A stretch of 64,000 nt of DNA from a virus (IMGVR_UViG_3300011717_000032:14336-78335); one strand, 5' to 3'; shown: positions 1 through 9,923, numbered from the stretch's first letter. Made by a program: numbers and translations. The notes: generated from the letters alone by a model not told the origin.

Positions 1-79
1 CTCGCACGCGCACCAAAGAGAGTCATTCAGTCGTGAGTCACTTGCTGTTGCTGGTGGCTTTTTTATTGGAGCCAACAAT

Positions 80-430
80 ATGCCAGCAGCTATCCCTCGC
101 GCCTGCCGTAAGCGTGGATGTTCCGGCACCACCACAGACCGTTCCGGCTACTGCGAGGCGCACCGTAATGAAGGATGGCAGCAGCATCAGCGCGGCCTGA
201 GCCGCCACCGGCGTGGCTACGGCAGTAAGTGGGACATCATCCGCGTACGCATCCTTAAGCGTGATCGACACATCTGCCAGCAGTGTCTGCGCAACGGCAG
301 GCCACGCCCTGCGGAAACGGTCGACCACATTATTCCGAAAGCTCACGGCGGCACCGATGAAGACAGCAATCTCGAATCGCTGTGCTGGCCATGCCATAAA
401 CGCAAGACCGCGACGGAGAGAACCCGATGA
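80..430 (+). CDS. HNH endonuclease (terminase-associated, HK97 gp74-like)
   Basis: CQQC...VDHIIPKAHGGTDEDSNLESLCWPCHKRKT; position just before cos/terS; paralog at 42175. Confidence 0.92.
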   Translation: MPAAIPRACRKRGCSGTTTDRSGYCEAHRNEGWQQHQRGLSRHRRGYGSKWDIIRVRILKRDRHICQQCLRNGRPRPAETVDHIIPKAHGGTDEDSNLESLCWPCHKRKTATERTR

Positions 431-627
431 GCTATACGCGCTGCACTTACTGCGGCTCGACGCTGCACACCGTAGCGAATTGCCCAAAGACGTGGGGAGG
501 TTCAGCCCGCCGTGCGAACCTGCGCTGCGGTTACTGCGGTCAGTCAGGCCATAACTCCAGCGCCTGCCCGCACAATGCCAGCAGCGCGCGGCGCCGCAAC
601 CTCAGTGATGACTTCCATCTCGACTGA
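427..627 (+). CDS. Small protein with two CCHC zinc knuckles
   Basis: CTYCGSTLHTVANC and CGYCGQSGHNSSAC both fit C-X2-C-X4-H-X4-C; ATGA overlap with HNH stop. Confidence 0.75.
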   Translation: MSYTRCTYCGSTLHTVANCPKTWGGSARRANLRCGYCGQSGHNSSACPHNASSARRRNLSDDFHLD

Positions 628-659
628 TGAAATGCGGAATGATTCCAAATGCAATCATT

Positions 660-745
660 TCGATATGAATGATATCGATTCTCACTACCGGGGGAGGGCG
701 GGTCAAAAGTTCAGGCCCATGCCTGCTAAGTACCGCCGCCTCAGT
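660..745 (+). other. Putative cos/packaging site region of P1
   Basis: Non-coding gap before terS; motifs TGATATC-ATTCTCAC, GGGGAGGGCGGGT-AAAGTTCAGG and ACCGCCGCCT recur at the same position in P2 (42522-42603). Confidence 0.65.
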
Positions 746-789
746 CAGATTTTTACACCCGCGAAATATAAAATTTAACTGGAGCGTCT

Positions 790-1260
790 ATGGCTGGAGC
801 GACGGGCCGATCCGGACGCCGCGCCAAGCCGACTGCCCGGAAGTTGCTGGCAGGCAATCCGGGTAAGCGCGCCCTCAATAAAGAAGAACCCTCCTTCACA
901 CCCATAACCGGCGTTGACCCGCCCGAGTGGCTCAGCGAATCCGCTGCGACAATGTGGAGAATGGTCTCTAATGAGCTGTGCGCGCAGGAGGTTTTGTGCG
1001 CCACGGATTTACACAACCTCGAAATGTTTTGTGTGGCCTATGCCAACGCCCGCGCTGCGCAGGTGGACGTTGCTAAAAACGGAATCACCGTAACCGGCGC
1101 AATGGGCGGTGTGATCAAAAACCCGGCGCTGACCGTGCTGAATGAAGCAATGCGGCAGATGGCCTCCTTCGGAGGCATGCTCGGGCTGGACCCCAGCAGC
1201 AGGCAGCGTCTGATTGGTGGGAACAAAAAACAGTCGGACAACCCCTTTAAAAACCTATGA
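790..1260 (+). CDS. terS: Terminase small subunit (P27 family)
   Basis: [20 protein letters not shown]-terminus, KNPAL and LGLDPSSR motifs; directly upstream of terL. Confidence 0.9.
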   Translation: MAGATGRSGRRAKPTARKLLAGNPGKRALNKEEPSFTPITGVDPPEWLSESAATMWRMVSNELCAQEVLCATDLHNLEMFCVAYANARAAQVDVAKNGITVTGAMGGVIKNPALTVLNEAMRQMASFGGMLGLDPSSRQRLIGGNKKQSDNPFKNL

Positions 1261-2987
1261 CGCGCAAAGCCTACCCTAACGTGAACGCCGCAAATCAGTA
1301 TGCCCGTGACATCGTCCGGGGGAAAACTGTGGCGTGCCGCTACGTCATCGATGCGTGCCAGCGGCACCTTGATGATCTGGCGAAAGAGAAAACGAAAAAG
1401 TTTCTTTACCGGTTCGATAAAGATCTGGCGGAAAAGGCGGCAAAGTTTATCCAGCTTCTGCCGCATACGAAAGGCGAGTGGGCCTTCAAACGCATGCCCA
1501 TCACCCTTGAGCCCTGGCAGCTGTTTATCGTCTGCTCGGCGTTCGGCTGGGTACGCAAGGGCTCGAAGCTGCGGCGTTTCCGCGAGGTTTATACCGAGAT
1601 CCCGCGTAAGAATGGTAAGTCGGCGATCTCTGCCGGTGTGGCATTGTTCTGCTTCACCTGTGACGACGAGTTTGGCGCGGAGGTTTACTCCGGCGCCACG
1701 ACGGAAAAGCAGGCGTGGGAAGTGTTCCGCCCGGCGCGCCTGATGTGTAAACGCACCCCGGCGCTTTGTGACGCGTTTGGCGTGGAGGTTAATGCCTCCA
1801 ACATGAACCGGCCGGAAGATGGTGCCCGTCTTGAGCCGCTGATCGGCAACCCTGGCGATGGTGCTTCTCCGAGCTGCGCCATTGTGGACGAATATCACGA
1901 ACACGAGACCGACGCGCTCTACACCACCATGCTGACAGGTATGGGCGCCCGGCGTCAGCCGTTGATGTGGGCCATCACCACTGCGGGCTACAACATTGAG
2001 GGGCCGTGCTACGACAAGCGCCGGGAAGTTATTGAAATGCTGAACGGCACGGTACCTAACGATGAGCTGTTCGGTGTGATTTACACCGTTGATGAGGGTG
2101 ACGACTGGACCGATCCGGCGGTGCTGCGCAAGGCGAATCCCAATATGGGTATTTCTGTCTACAGCGATTTCCTGCTGAGCCAGCAGAAGCGGGCCATGAA
2201 CAACGCCCGCCAGGCCAACGTTTTCAAAACCAAGCATCTGAACATCTGGGTATCAGCCAGGGCGGCTTACTTCAACCTCGTCAGCTGGCGCAACTGCGAG
2301 GATGAAACGCTGACGATCGAGCAGTTCGAGGGTCAGCCTTGCTACCTTTCGTTCGACCTGGCGCGAAAGCTCGATATGAACAGCATGGTGCGCATCTTCA
2401 GTCGTGATATTGATGGCAGGCGGCACTATTACTGCATAGCGCCTAAGTTCTGGGTGCCTTATGACACGGTATACAGCACGGACACCGATCATCAGCGTAC
2501 TGCTGAACGCTTCCAGAAGTGGGTGAACTCCGGCCACCTGGAGGTAACCGAAGGTGCAGAGATCGACTACCGCGTCATCCTGGAGGAAGCGAAGGCGGTC
2601 AACCGGCAGAACCCGGTAGAGGAATCGGCCATCGATCCCCACGGCGCCACGAACCTGTCCCACCATCTGGCCGATGAGGGTCTCAGCCCGATAACCATCG
2701 TCCAGAACTACACCAACATGTCGGACCCGATGAAGGAGCTTGAGGCGGCGATAGAGGCCGGACGCTTCCACCATGACGGCCATCCCATACTGACATGGTG
2801 TATCTCTAACGTAGTGGGCAAGCACCTCCCCGGTAACGATGACGTTGTGCGGCCCATTAAGGAGCACAGCGAGAACAAAATCGACGGGGCCACTGCCCTG
2901 ATCATGGATATAGGCCGGGCCATGCTGCCGGAGACCCGACAGGATCTTAACGGCTTCTTTGAAAATCCCATCATGGTAGGTTTCTGA
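1257..2987 (+). CDS. terL: Terminase large subunit
   Basis: Walker [10 protein letters not shown], Walker [10 protein letters not shown]-terminal nuclease KIDG motif. Confidence 0.95.
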   Translation: MTRKAYPNVNAANQYARDIVRGKTVACRYVIDACQRHLDDLAKEKTKKFLYRFDKDLAEKAAKFIQLLPHTKGEWAFKRMPITLEPWQLFIVCSAFGWVRKGSKLRRFREVYTEIPRKNGKSAISAGVALFCFTCDDEFGAEVYSGATTEKQAWEVFRPARLMCKRTPALCDAFGVEVNASNMNRPEDGARLEPLIGNPGDGASPSCAIVDEYHEHETDALYTTMLTGMGARRQPLMWAITTAGYNIEGPCYDKRREVIEMLNGTVPNDELFGVIYTVDEGDDWTDPAVLRKANPNMGISVYSDFLLSQQKRAMNNARQANVFKTKHLNIWVSARAAYFNLVSWRNCEDETLTIEQFEGQPCYLSFDLARKLDMNSMVRIFSRDIDGRRHYYCIAPKFWVPYDTVYSTDTDHQRTAERFQKWVNSGHLEVTEGAEIDYRVILEEAKAVNRQNPVEESAIDPHGATNLSHHLADEGLSPITIVQNYTNMSDPMKELEAAIEAGRFHHDGHPILTWCISNVVGKHLPGNDDVVRPIKEHSENKIDGATALIMDIGRAMLPETRQDLNGFFENPIMVGF

Positions 2988-4291
2988 TGAAGAAAAATAA
3001 GCAGCCGGGCAAGGTAAAAAGCGCCTTGCTCAACTGGCTGGGCGTGCCCATCAGCCTGACTACCGGAACGTTCTGGCAGGAGTGGTATGGCACGAGCAGC
3101 AGCGGCAAGGTGGTGACTGCAGATCGGGCGATCCAGCTTTCTGCGGTCTGGGCCTGCGTCCGGCTTCTGAGCGAGTCGGTATCCACACTGCCGGTTAAGA
3201 TTTACACCCGGCAGGCTGATGGCTCGCGCAAGCTGGCGCAGAATCATCCGGTTTACCAGGTACTTTGTCGCCGTCCCAATCTGGAAATGACGCCGTCGCG
3301 CTTTATGCTGATGGTGGTGGCCAGCATCTGCCTGCGCGGTAATGCCTTTGTCGAGAAGCTGTTTATCGGCAATAAGCTGGTATCGCTGGTGCCACTGCTG
3401 CCCCAGAACATGGTAGTAAAGCGGCTGGACACCGGTCGTCTTGAGTACACCTACACCGAAGACGGCAGGAAACGCGTTATCCTGGAGAAGAACCTGATGC
3501 ACATCCGGGGCTTTGGCCTCGATGGTGTGTGCGGCATGATGCCAATGATGACGGGCCGGGACGTGATCGGCGCGGCGATGGCCGTCGAAGAGTCAGCCGC
3601 CAAGATCTTCGAAAATGGCCTGCAAAGCTCGGGGTTTCTTTCAGCTGACGCGGCGCTTGATAAGGATCAAAGAGAGCGACTTCGGGGATATATGCAGGCC
3701 TTCACCGGCTCTAAAAACGCCGGGAAAATTATGGTTCTTGAGGGCGGGCTGAAATACCAGAATGTCACCATGAACCCCGAGGCGGCGCAGATGCTTGAGT
3801 CGCGCTCCTTCAGTATTGAGGAGATCTGCCGCTGGTTCCGCGTACCGCCGTTTATGGTGGGCCACACCTCGAAACAGAGCAGTTGGGCATCGAGCCTCGA
3901 GGGGATGAATCTCCAGTTCCTGACCCATACGCTGCGTCCGCTGCTGGTGAACATTGAGCAGGAGATCTCCCGCTGCCTGCTGAACGGTGAAGAGGACCTC
4001 TTCGCCGAGTTCTCAGTTGAGGGCCTGCTGCGCGCCGACAGCGCTGGCCGTGCGGCGTACTACACCAGTGCGCTGCAGAATGGCTGGATGTCCCGCAACG
4101 ATGTGCGCCGCCTGGAGAATATGCCTCCTATCGAAGGCGGCGATATTTACACGGTGCAGCTCAACCTGACGCCGCTTGAAGATCTTAAACAGAACAGCCA
4201 GGCCGCGCAGGCATTCGCGCTGCGGCAGGTTCATAACCACGTATTCCCTGATATTCCCTTCGAACAGTCACCGCTGAAAAAAGCGGCTTAG
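2987..4291 (+). CDS. Portal protein (HK97 family)
   Basis: AVWACVRLLSES, LRGNAF, EICRWFRVPP, MSRNDVRRLENMPP motifs; position after terL. Confidence 0.95.
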   Translation: MKKNKQPGKVKSALLNWLGVPISLTTGTFWQEWYGTSSSGKVVTADRAIQLSAVWACVRLLSESVSTLPVKIYTRQADGSRKLAQNHPVYQVLCRRPNLEMTPSRFMLMVVASICLRGNAFVEKLFIGNKLVSLVPLLPQNMVVKRLDTGRLEYTYTEDGRKRVILEKNLMHIRGFGLDGVCGMMPMMTGRDVIGAAMAVEESAAKIFENGLQSSGFLSADAALDKDQRERLRGYMQAFTGSKNAGKIMVLEGGLKYQNVTMNPEAAQMLESRSFSIEEICRWFRVPPFMVGHTSKQSSWASSLEGMNLQFLTHTLRPLLVNIEQEISRCLLNGEEDLFAEFSVEGLLRADSAGRAAYYTSALQNGWMSRNDVRRLENMPPIEGGDIYTVQLNLTPLEDLKQNSQAAQAFALRQVHNHVFPDIPFEQSPLKKAA

Positions 4292-4299
4292 GAGCATCC

Positions 4300-5145
4300 A
4301 TGACGATTAAAAGCCTTCCGGCTGCGCCGGAGGGGCGACCTTTTGCGCGCGAAAAACCTGATCTGCCGGCTGCGGCAATGGAGCGCTGGAACGGCGGCAT
4401 CCGCGCCGCCCGGGACGGTGACAACAGCATTTCCATCTTCGACGTGATTGGTGCTGATTACTGGGGAGAGGGTGTGACGGCCAGCCGCATTGCGGGTGCG
4501 CTGCGCTCGCTCGGCGGTGCTGACGTGACGGTTAACATCAACAGCCCGGGCGGCGACATGTTCGAAGGCCTGGCGATCTACAACCTGCTGCGTGAGTACG
4601 ACGGCAAAGTCACTGTGAAGGTTTTGGGTCTGGCGGCGTCCGCCGCGTCGGTTATCGCGATGGCCGGTGATGATGTACAGATCGGACGCGGCGCCTTCCT
4701 GATGATCCACAACTGCTGGGTCTATGCGATGGGTAACCGTCACGACCTGGCGCAGATCGCCGCTGACATGGAGCCGTTTGATAAAGCGATGAGCGATATC
4801 TACCAGGCACGCAGCGGTCTTGATGCCGCCACCGTCGAAAAGATGATGGACGGCGAAACCTATATTGGCGGCAGTGACGCGGTGGCGAAAGGCTTTGCTG
4901 ACAGCCTCCTCTCCGCTGATGAAATTGCTGACGACGACGACAGCCCGGCGGCGGCGCTGCGCAAGCTTGATGCGCTGCTGGCCAAAACCGATACGCCGCG
5001 CTCTGAGCGTCGAAAACTTCTTAAAGCCTTATCCGGCAGCAAGCCAGGCGCTGCTGCCATCCCTGAAGGTACGCCGGGCGCTACCGAAGAAATCAACCCT
5101 GACAATCTCAAACAACTTGAAGACGCGCTGGCCGCGTTCGGCTAA
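4300..5145 (+). CDS. ClpP-like prohead maturation protease
   Basis: INSPGGD, GLAASAASVI, LMIHN motifs. Confidence 0.93.
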   Translation: MTIKSLPAAPEGRPFAREKPDLPAAAMERWNGGIRAARDGDNSISIFDVIGADYWGEGVTASRIAGALRSLGGADVTVNINSPGGDMFEGLAIYNLLREYDGKVTVKVLGLAASAASVIAMAGDDVQIGRGAFLMIHNCWVYAMGNRHDLAQIAADMEPFDKAMSDIYQARSGLDAATVEKMMDGETYIGGSDAVAKGFADSLLSADEIADDDDSPAAALRKLDALLAKTDTPRSERRKLLKALSGSKPGAAAIPEGTPGATEEINPDNLKQLEDALAAFG

Positions 5146-5157
5146 TAAGGAAAGACC

Positions 5158-6378
5158 ATGTCTGAAGTTAACGAATTACTGAAAAAAGTCTCCGCGAAGC
5201 TGGAAGAAGTTTCCGGCACTTTCAGCCAGAAGGCCGAGGACGCGCTGAAGGAGGCTAAAAGCTCAGGTCAGCTGTCTGCGCAGACCAAAGAGGCGGTGGA
5301 TAAAATTGCCACTGAACACAATGCGCTGAACGATGCGCTTAAGTCGCTAAAATCTTCAGTAGGTGAAATTGAGCAGCAGGTAGCTCAGATGCCGCTGGCC
5401 AGCGCTACAAAAATTATCGAGACCGTCGGCCAGACCGTTATCAGCAGCGAAGCGCTAAAAGCTTTCGCGGCAAGCGTTGAAGGCGGCAAGCGCGTCAGCG
5501 TTCCGGTTAATGCTGCGCTGATCTCCACTGACGTGGCAACCGGCGTGGTCGAGCCGCAGCGCCTGCCGGGTATTGATACCGCGCCGAAGCAGCGCCTCTT
5601 CATCCGGGATCTGATTGCTCCGGGTCGCACCTCGGCACCGGCCATCTTCTGGGTGCAGCAGACCGGATTCACCAATGCGGCGAAAGTCGTGCCGGAAGGC
5701 ACCGCCAAGCCGTACAGCGATATCCAGTTCGCCACGCAGATCACCCCGGTGACCACCATCGCGCACATGTTCAAGGCGTCCAAGCAGATCCTGGATGACT
5801 TCGCGCAACTGCAGTCCACTATCGACGCCGAGATGCGTTACGGCCTGAAATATGTCGAAGAGCAGGAAATTCTCTTCGGCGATGGTACCGGCGCGCACCT
5901 GAAAGGCATCGTCCCGCAGGCGTCTGCTTATGACGCTGCCTTTACTGTTGAGCAGCAGAACGGCATCGACGATCTGCGCCTCGCAATGCTGCAGGCGCAG
6001 CTGGCGCGCTTCCCGGCTTCCGGCCACGTCCTGCACTTCATCGACTGGGCGAAGATTGAACTCACCAAAGACACGCTGGGCCGCTATATCCTGGCGAACC
6101 CGGCGGCCCTGACCGGTCCGACCCTGTGGGGGCTGCCGGTGGTTGCGACCGAAGCTGCAGCCTTCCAGGGTAAATTCCTGACTGGTGCATTTAACGCCGC
6201 GGCGCAGCTGTTCGACCGTGAAGATGCCAACGTGGTGATCTCCACTGAGAACGCCGACGACTTCGAGAAAAACATGATCTCGATTCGCTGCGAAGAGCGC
6301 CTGGCGCTGGCGGTGAAACGCCCGGAAGCATTCATCTACGGAGCCTTCACTGCGCCTGCTGCAGGTGGCGGTGCGTAA
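5158..6378 (+). CDS. Major capsid protein (HK97 fold); C-terminus APAAGGGA
   Basis: Coiled-coil delta-like N-terminus; LFIRDLI, ILFGDG, LWGLPV, EERLALAVKRPEAF motifs. Confidence 0.95.
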   Translation: MSEVNELLKKVSAKLEEVSGTFSQKAEDALKEAKSSGQLSAQTKEAVDKIATEHNALNDALKSLKSSVGEIEQQVAQMPLASATKIIETVGQTVISSEALKAFAASVEGGKRVSVPVNAALISTDVATGVVEPQRLPGIDTAPKQRLFIRDLIAPGRTSAPAIFWVQQTGFTNAAKVVPEGTAKPYSDIQFATQITPVTTIAHMFKASKQILDDFAQLQSTIDAEMRYGLKYVEEQEILFGDGTGAHLKGIVPQASAYDAAFTVEQQNGIDDLRLAMLQAQLARFPASGHVLHFIDWAKIELTKDTLGRYILANPAALTGPTLWGLPVVATEAAAFQGKFLTGAFNAAAQLFDREDANVVISTENADDFEKNMISIRCEERLALAVKRPEAFIYGAFTAPAAGGGA

Positions 6379-6431
6379 TCCTTAACGGCGGCCTGCGGGC
6401 CGCTTTTCTTTTTTCCTTTAAGGAGACAGCC

Positions 6432-6617
6432 ATGAAGCTGATCGCTATCAAGCCTATCTACTTTGAAGGCAGTGTGCTTACTGAAGGCACCGAGTTTGAG
6501 ACGCTCGAGCAACACGGCCGCGACCTTCTGGCCAGCGGTTACGCTCAGGAGCCTGGCGAGAAAAAGCCGAATCCTGATAAAGACCAAAAGCCGAAAGGGA
6601 ATGGCAAGGCCAAATAA
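6432..6617 (+). CDS. Small head-region protein
   Basis: AAGGAG RBS; paralog at 48321 in the same position. Confidence 0.7.
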   Translation: MKLIAIKPIYFEGSVLTEGTEFETLEQHGRDLLASGYAQEPGEKKPNPDKDQKPKGNGKAK

Positions 6618-6626
6618 GGAGTGAGC

Positions 6627-6953
6627 ATGCTGACTAAAGAGCAGGTGAAGCATCACTGCAATATCGAACAGGATTTCACGGAAGACGACGCCTGGATCGA
6701 TACGGGCATAAAAGCCGCGGAGCGCTATGTTGAAAAATGGACCCGCCGTCGGCTTTATGAAAAGGCTGATGATCCGCTTTATATGGCCGATCCAGACGCG
6801 CTGCTTTATGGCGAGGATGTCGAAATGGCTATGTTGATGCTGATTGCCCACTGGTACACCAACCGTGAAACGGTCAGCACCGGCAGTACGACATCTGCGC
6901 TGGCTTTCTCTACTGAAGCACTCCTTCAACCCTACCGGATTTATGGCCTATGA
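6627..6953 (+). CDS. Head-tail connector (gp6-like)
   Basis: EQVKHHCNI, AMLMLIAHWYTNRE, LLQPYR; ATG 6627 follows AAGGAG. Confidence 0.88.
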   Translation: MLTKEQVKHHCNIEQDFTEDDAWIDTGIKAAERYVEKWTRRRLYEKADDPLYMADPDALLYGEDVEMAMLMLIAHWYTNRETVSTGSTTSALAFSTEALLQPYRIYGL

Positions 6954-7291
6954 AAGCGGGACGTCTGCGGCACAGGGTAACCCTTCAGAAACCGGCAACC
7001 GGGCGATTACCGTCCGGACAGCCTGCAACCGGCTGGGTGGATGTTGCTTCGGTTCGGGCAGAAGTCGCGGATGTATCGGGCCGGGAGATGATGGACGGCG
7101 GCGCAGAGTTGAGCAGCACCACAACCCGGATCTGGATGCGTCGTTATCCCGGCATTCCCGTAACCACGGGATGGCGAGCCGTTCATCTTCCGCCTACCGG
7201 AGGCGGTGAGATATATGACATCAAGTCGGCTATCTCAGCAGAGAACGGCACCAGGCTCGAATTGCTTTGCGAGAAGGGGGTGAAACAGTGA
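6950..7291 (+). CDS. Head closure protein
   Basis: MKAGRLRHRVTLQ N-terminus; position. Confidence 0.88.
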   Translation: MKAGRLRHRVTLQKPATGRLPSGQPATGWVDVASVRAEVADVSGREMMDGGAELSSTTTRIWMRRYPGIPVTTGWRAVHLPPTGGGEIYDIKSAISAENGTRLELLCEKGVKQ

Positions 7292-7737
7292 TTTCAACGA
7301 GTCTTGATTTTTCCGGTCTGGCCGATATCGCGAAGGATCTGGAGACGCTCAGCAGGGCTGAAAATAATAAGGTTTTGCGTGATGCCACGCGTGCTGGTGC
7401 AGAAGTTCTGCGACAGGAGGTAGAAGATCGTGCGCCCGTCCTTACCGGGAAACTGAAAAAAAACGTGGTGGTGGTGACCCAGAAGGGTCGCCGTCGCGGC
7501 GAAATCGCTTCCGGCGTGCATATCCGGGGCGTTAATCCGGTCACCGGCAACAGCGACAACAAAATGAAGGCCAGCAATCCGCGCAACGCTTTTTACTGGC
7601 GCTTCGTTGAACTCGGTACATCGAATATGCCTGCGCATCCCTTCGTCCGTCCGGCATTCGATACCCGGCAGGAAGAGGCTACACAGGCAGCACTGGCCCG
7701 CATGAATCAGGCCATTGATGAGGTGCTGGCGAAATGA
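7288..7737 (+). CDS. HK97 gp10-family neck/tail protein
   Basis: FYWRFVELGTSNMPAHPFVRPAFD; GTG start overlapping upstream stop. Confidence 0.88.
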   Translation: MISTSLDFSGLADIAKDLETLSRAENNKVLRDATRAGAEVLRQEVEDRAPVLTGKLKKNVVVVTQKGRRRGEIASGVHIRGVNPVTGNSDNKMKASNPRNAFYWRFVELGTSNMPAHPFVRPAFDTRQEEATQAALARMNQAIDEVLAK

Positions 7738-8063
7738 CAGAGGCTGACATCTATCAGCGGCTCAGTGCGCTGGCAGAGGGTAACGTTTTTCCTTACGTGG
7801 CGCCGCTGGGTACCGTTGCACCGTGGGTGATTTATCTGCTCCCGGGTTCAGTCAGCGAGGATGTTTTCTGCGGACCGGCAGAAACAGCAAGCACCGTTCA
7901 GGTTGATGCCTGGGCCTCGTCGATTGATGACGCCCGGGCGCTTCGTAATCAGGTTAAAGCTGCTCTGGCCGATCTGCATCCTGTCGGACTGAACGAGATC
8001 AACGGCTACGAGCCGGACACAGGACTTTACCGGGCCACGCTTGAAGTTCAGATCTGGCAATAA
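7734..8063 (+). CDS. Tail terminator/completion protein (DUF3168-like)
   Basis: Position before tail tube; VQVDAWA motif; paralog at 49607. Confidence 0.8.
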   Translation: MTEADIYQRLSALAEGNVFPYVAPLGTVAPWVIYLLPGSVSEDVFCGPAETASTVQVDAWASSIDDARALRNQVKAALADLHPVGLNEINGYEPDTGLYRATLEVQIWQ

Positions 8064-8123
8064 AGCCACCCTTCATATTAACTCTGCCGCCTCGGGGCGG
8101 CTTTTTTATATCCGGAGATCACT

Positions 8124-8828
8124 ATGTCCTCGAATTATGAAAAATCGCAGCTGACGAAAATCCTTATTTCGTCACTGCCAACGACCAGAGACGCAATGGA
8201 AACTGCCGTCTATCTCGATCTGAGCTGCACTCTCAAAGAGGCGCAGTTCACAGGCGGGCAAAAACAGGATATTGACGTCACCACGCTATGCTCCACTGAG
8301 CAGGAGAACGTCAATGGCCTCCCGGCCCCTTCGGAGATATCACTGTCAGGTAACTTTTACCGTAATGCTGCGCAGGATGCGTTGCGTGATGCGTATGACA
8401 ACGACACGGTTTATGGCTTCCAGATCATCTTCCCGTCTGGCAATGGCTTTAAGTTCCTTGCCGAAGTCCGTCAGCACACCTGGTCTTCCGGTACTAACGG
8501 CGTAGTGGCGGCAACGTTCTCCCTGCGTCTGAAAGGGAAGCCGGTACCGATTGACCCGGCACTTAAACTGACCACTGATTTGCCCGCCGCACAATCTGTA
8601 GCGGTTGGGGCGGCGATCAGTATGGCGGTCGCCGCCGCTGGCGGTAAACTTCCCTACAGCTTTGCCTGGAAGAAAGGTGGTGTCACCATCAGTGGGCAAA
8701 CATCTGATACATTCAATAAATCCAGCGCTGTTTCGGGTGATGCGGGAGATTACACCTGCGTGGTCACTGATTCTTCTGCCCCGATTAAGACAATTACATC
8801 ATCAACTTGTACCCTTACCGTCAATTAA
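8124..8828 (+). CDS. Major tail tube protein with C-terminal Ig-like domain
   Basis: First ~140 aa match the 147-aa P2 tube; extension YSFAWKKGG...DAGDYTCVVTD is I-set Ig-like. Confidence 0.9.
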   Translation: MSSNYEKSQLTKILISSLPTTRDAMETAVYLDLSCTLKEAQFTGGQKQDIDVTTLCSTEQENVNGLPAPSEISLSGNFYRNAAQDALRDAYDNDTVYGFQIIFPSGNGFKFLAEVRQHTWSSGTNGVVAATFSLRLKGKPVPIDPALKLTTDLPAAQSVAVGAAISMAVAAAGGKLPYSFAWKKGGVTISGQTSDTFNKSSAVSGDAGDYTCVVTDSSAPIKTITSSTCTLTVN

Positions 8829-8862
8829 TGGAGATGCCGGGTTGGCCCGGCATGCATAGCAG

Positions 8863-9249
8863 ATGTCGCAAAATCTGAAAAAATTAGCCATGGCGAAGAT
8901 GTCAGGCTTTCGTCATAAGACGGTGGGGGTTCCTGAGTGGGAAGGCGTCGAAGTTGTTCTTCGTGAGCCGTCTGGCGAAGCCTGGCTGCGCTGGCAGGAA
9001 GTAGTGAAAGTCGGTGCTGACGATGAAAATGTGTCGGTATCTGAAAAGGCCCACCGTAATCTTTGCGCTGACGTGGTTCTCTTCATTGACGTCCTGTGCG
9101 ACACCGATAAGCAACCGGTATTCAGCGTCGATGAAGAAGGGCAGGTGCGTGAAATTTACGGACCCGTGCATTCACGCCTGCTGAAACAGGCGCTGGACCT
9201 TATTAATAACGCGGAAGAAGCGCGGGAAAAGTCGCAACCCCCGGCGTAA
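8863..9249 (+). CDS. Tail assembly chaperone (gpG-like)
   Basis: Between tube and tape measure; GGGAAAAG slippery sequence at 9224-9231. Confidence 0.88.
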   Translation: MSQNLKKLAMAKMSGFRHKTVGVPEWEGVEVVLREPSGEAWLRWQEVVKVGADDENVSVSEKAHRNLCADVVLFIDVLCDTDKQPVFSVDEEGQVREIYGPVHSRLLKQALDLINNAEEAREKSQPPA

Positions 9250-9257
9250 AGTTCCTG

Positions 9258-9536
9258 ATGTCGCTTGCGCTCCGCATGGGGCGCACGCTTTCAGAGCTTC
9301 GGCAGAACATGACGGCGAGCGAGCTTCTGATGTGGATTGAGTTCGACAGGCAAAGTCCCGTTGGCGATATTCGCGGTGACATTCAGGCCGCCCAGATAGT
9401 CTCTGCCGTTTATGGTTCTCAGGGGGTCAAAGTGCCGCTGGAAGATGCGATCCTGCGCTGGGATGATGACAAGAAATCAGCACCTGAAGATCCCTTTGCT
9501 GGTCTTGAGGCTGCACTTACTGCCGCAACGCAGTGA
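9258..9536 (+). CDS. Tail assembly chaperone C-terminal part (gpT-like; probably made as a G-T frameshift fusion)
   Basis: Lies in the -1 frame relative to gpG, open from the slippery site (KVATPGVKFLMSLALRMG). Confidence 0.8.
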   Translation: MSLALRMGRTLSELRQNMTASELLMWIEFDRQSPVGDIRGDIQAAQIVSAVYGSQGVKVPLEDAILRWDDDKKSAPEDPFAGLEAALTAATQ

Positions 9537-9590
9537 CTTTTGACCCAGATAATATTAGGATTCTTAGACTTATAATACTGGGGAACCTAA

Positions 9591-9923
9591 ATGGAAGTTT
9601 TACTAGTTTCAATTGTTATAGGCTTAATTCCAGCCTTAATTGCTCAAAGCAAAGGGCGATCTTTCTTTGCATGGTGGGTGTATGGTGCTCTGCTGTTTAT
9701 AATCGCTTTTGTGCATTCTCTGGTAATAAAGAAGGATGTTGCGGCAGAAGAAAAAGACTTAATTGAAAACGATGGCATGAAGAAGTGCCCATTCTGTGCA
9801 GAGTTAATCAAAAACGAAGCTATTAAATGTAAACACTGTGGTAGTGATTTAGCAGTCGATTCCCCACCGGTTAAGACTGATGAAGAATACCTCGAAGAAG
9901 CCAGGCAAAAGGTCTGGAAATAA
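9591..9923 (+). CDS. Moron: membrane protein with C-terminal zinc ribbon
   Basis: Two hydrophobic segments, KKCPFCAELI..KCKHCGS; AT-rich; hairpin terminator AAAACCGCTTCGGCGGTTTTTT follows; paralog at 51192. Confidence 0.85.
   Translation: MEVLLVSIVIGLIPALIAQSKGRSFFAWWVYGALLFIIAFVHSLVIKKDVAAEEKDLIENDGMKKCPFCAELIKNEAIKCKHCGSDLAVDSPPVKTDEEYLEEARQKVWK

Noticed and set aside
1038-2237. 399-aa minus-strand ORF and the many other antisense/alternate-frame ORFs over head and tail genes (e.g. 2253-2867, 10294-10974, 48894-49814)
   Set aside because: Shadows of well-supported plus-strand genes in GC-rich coding DNA; no RBS or motif support
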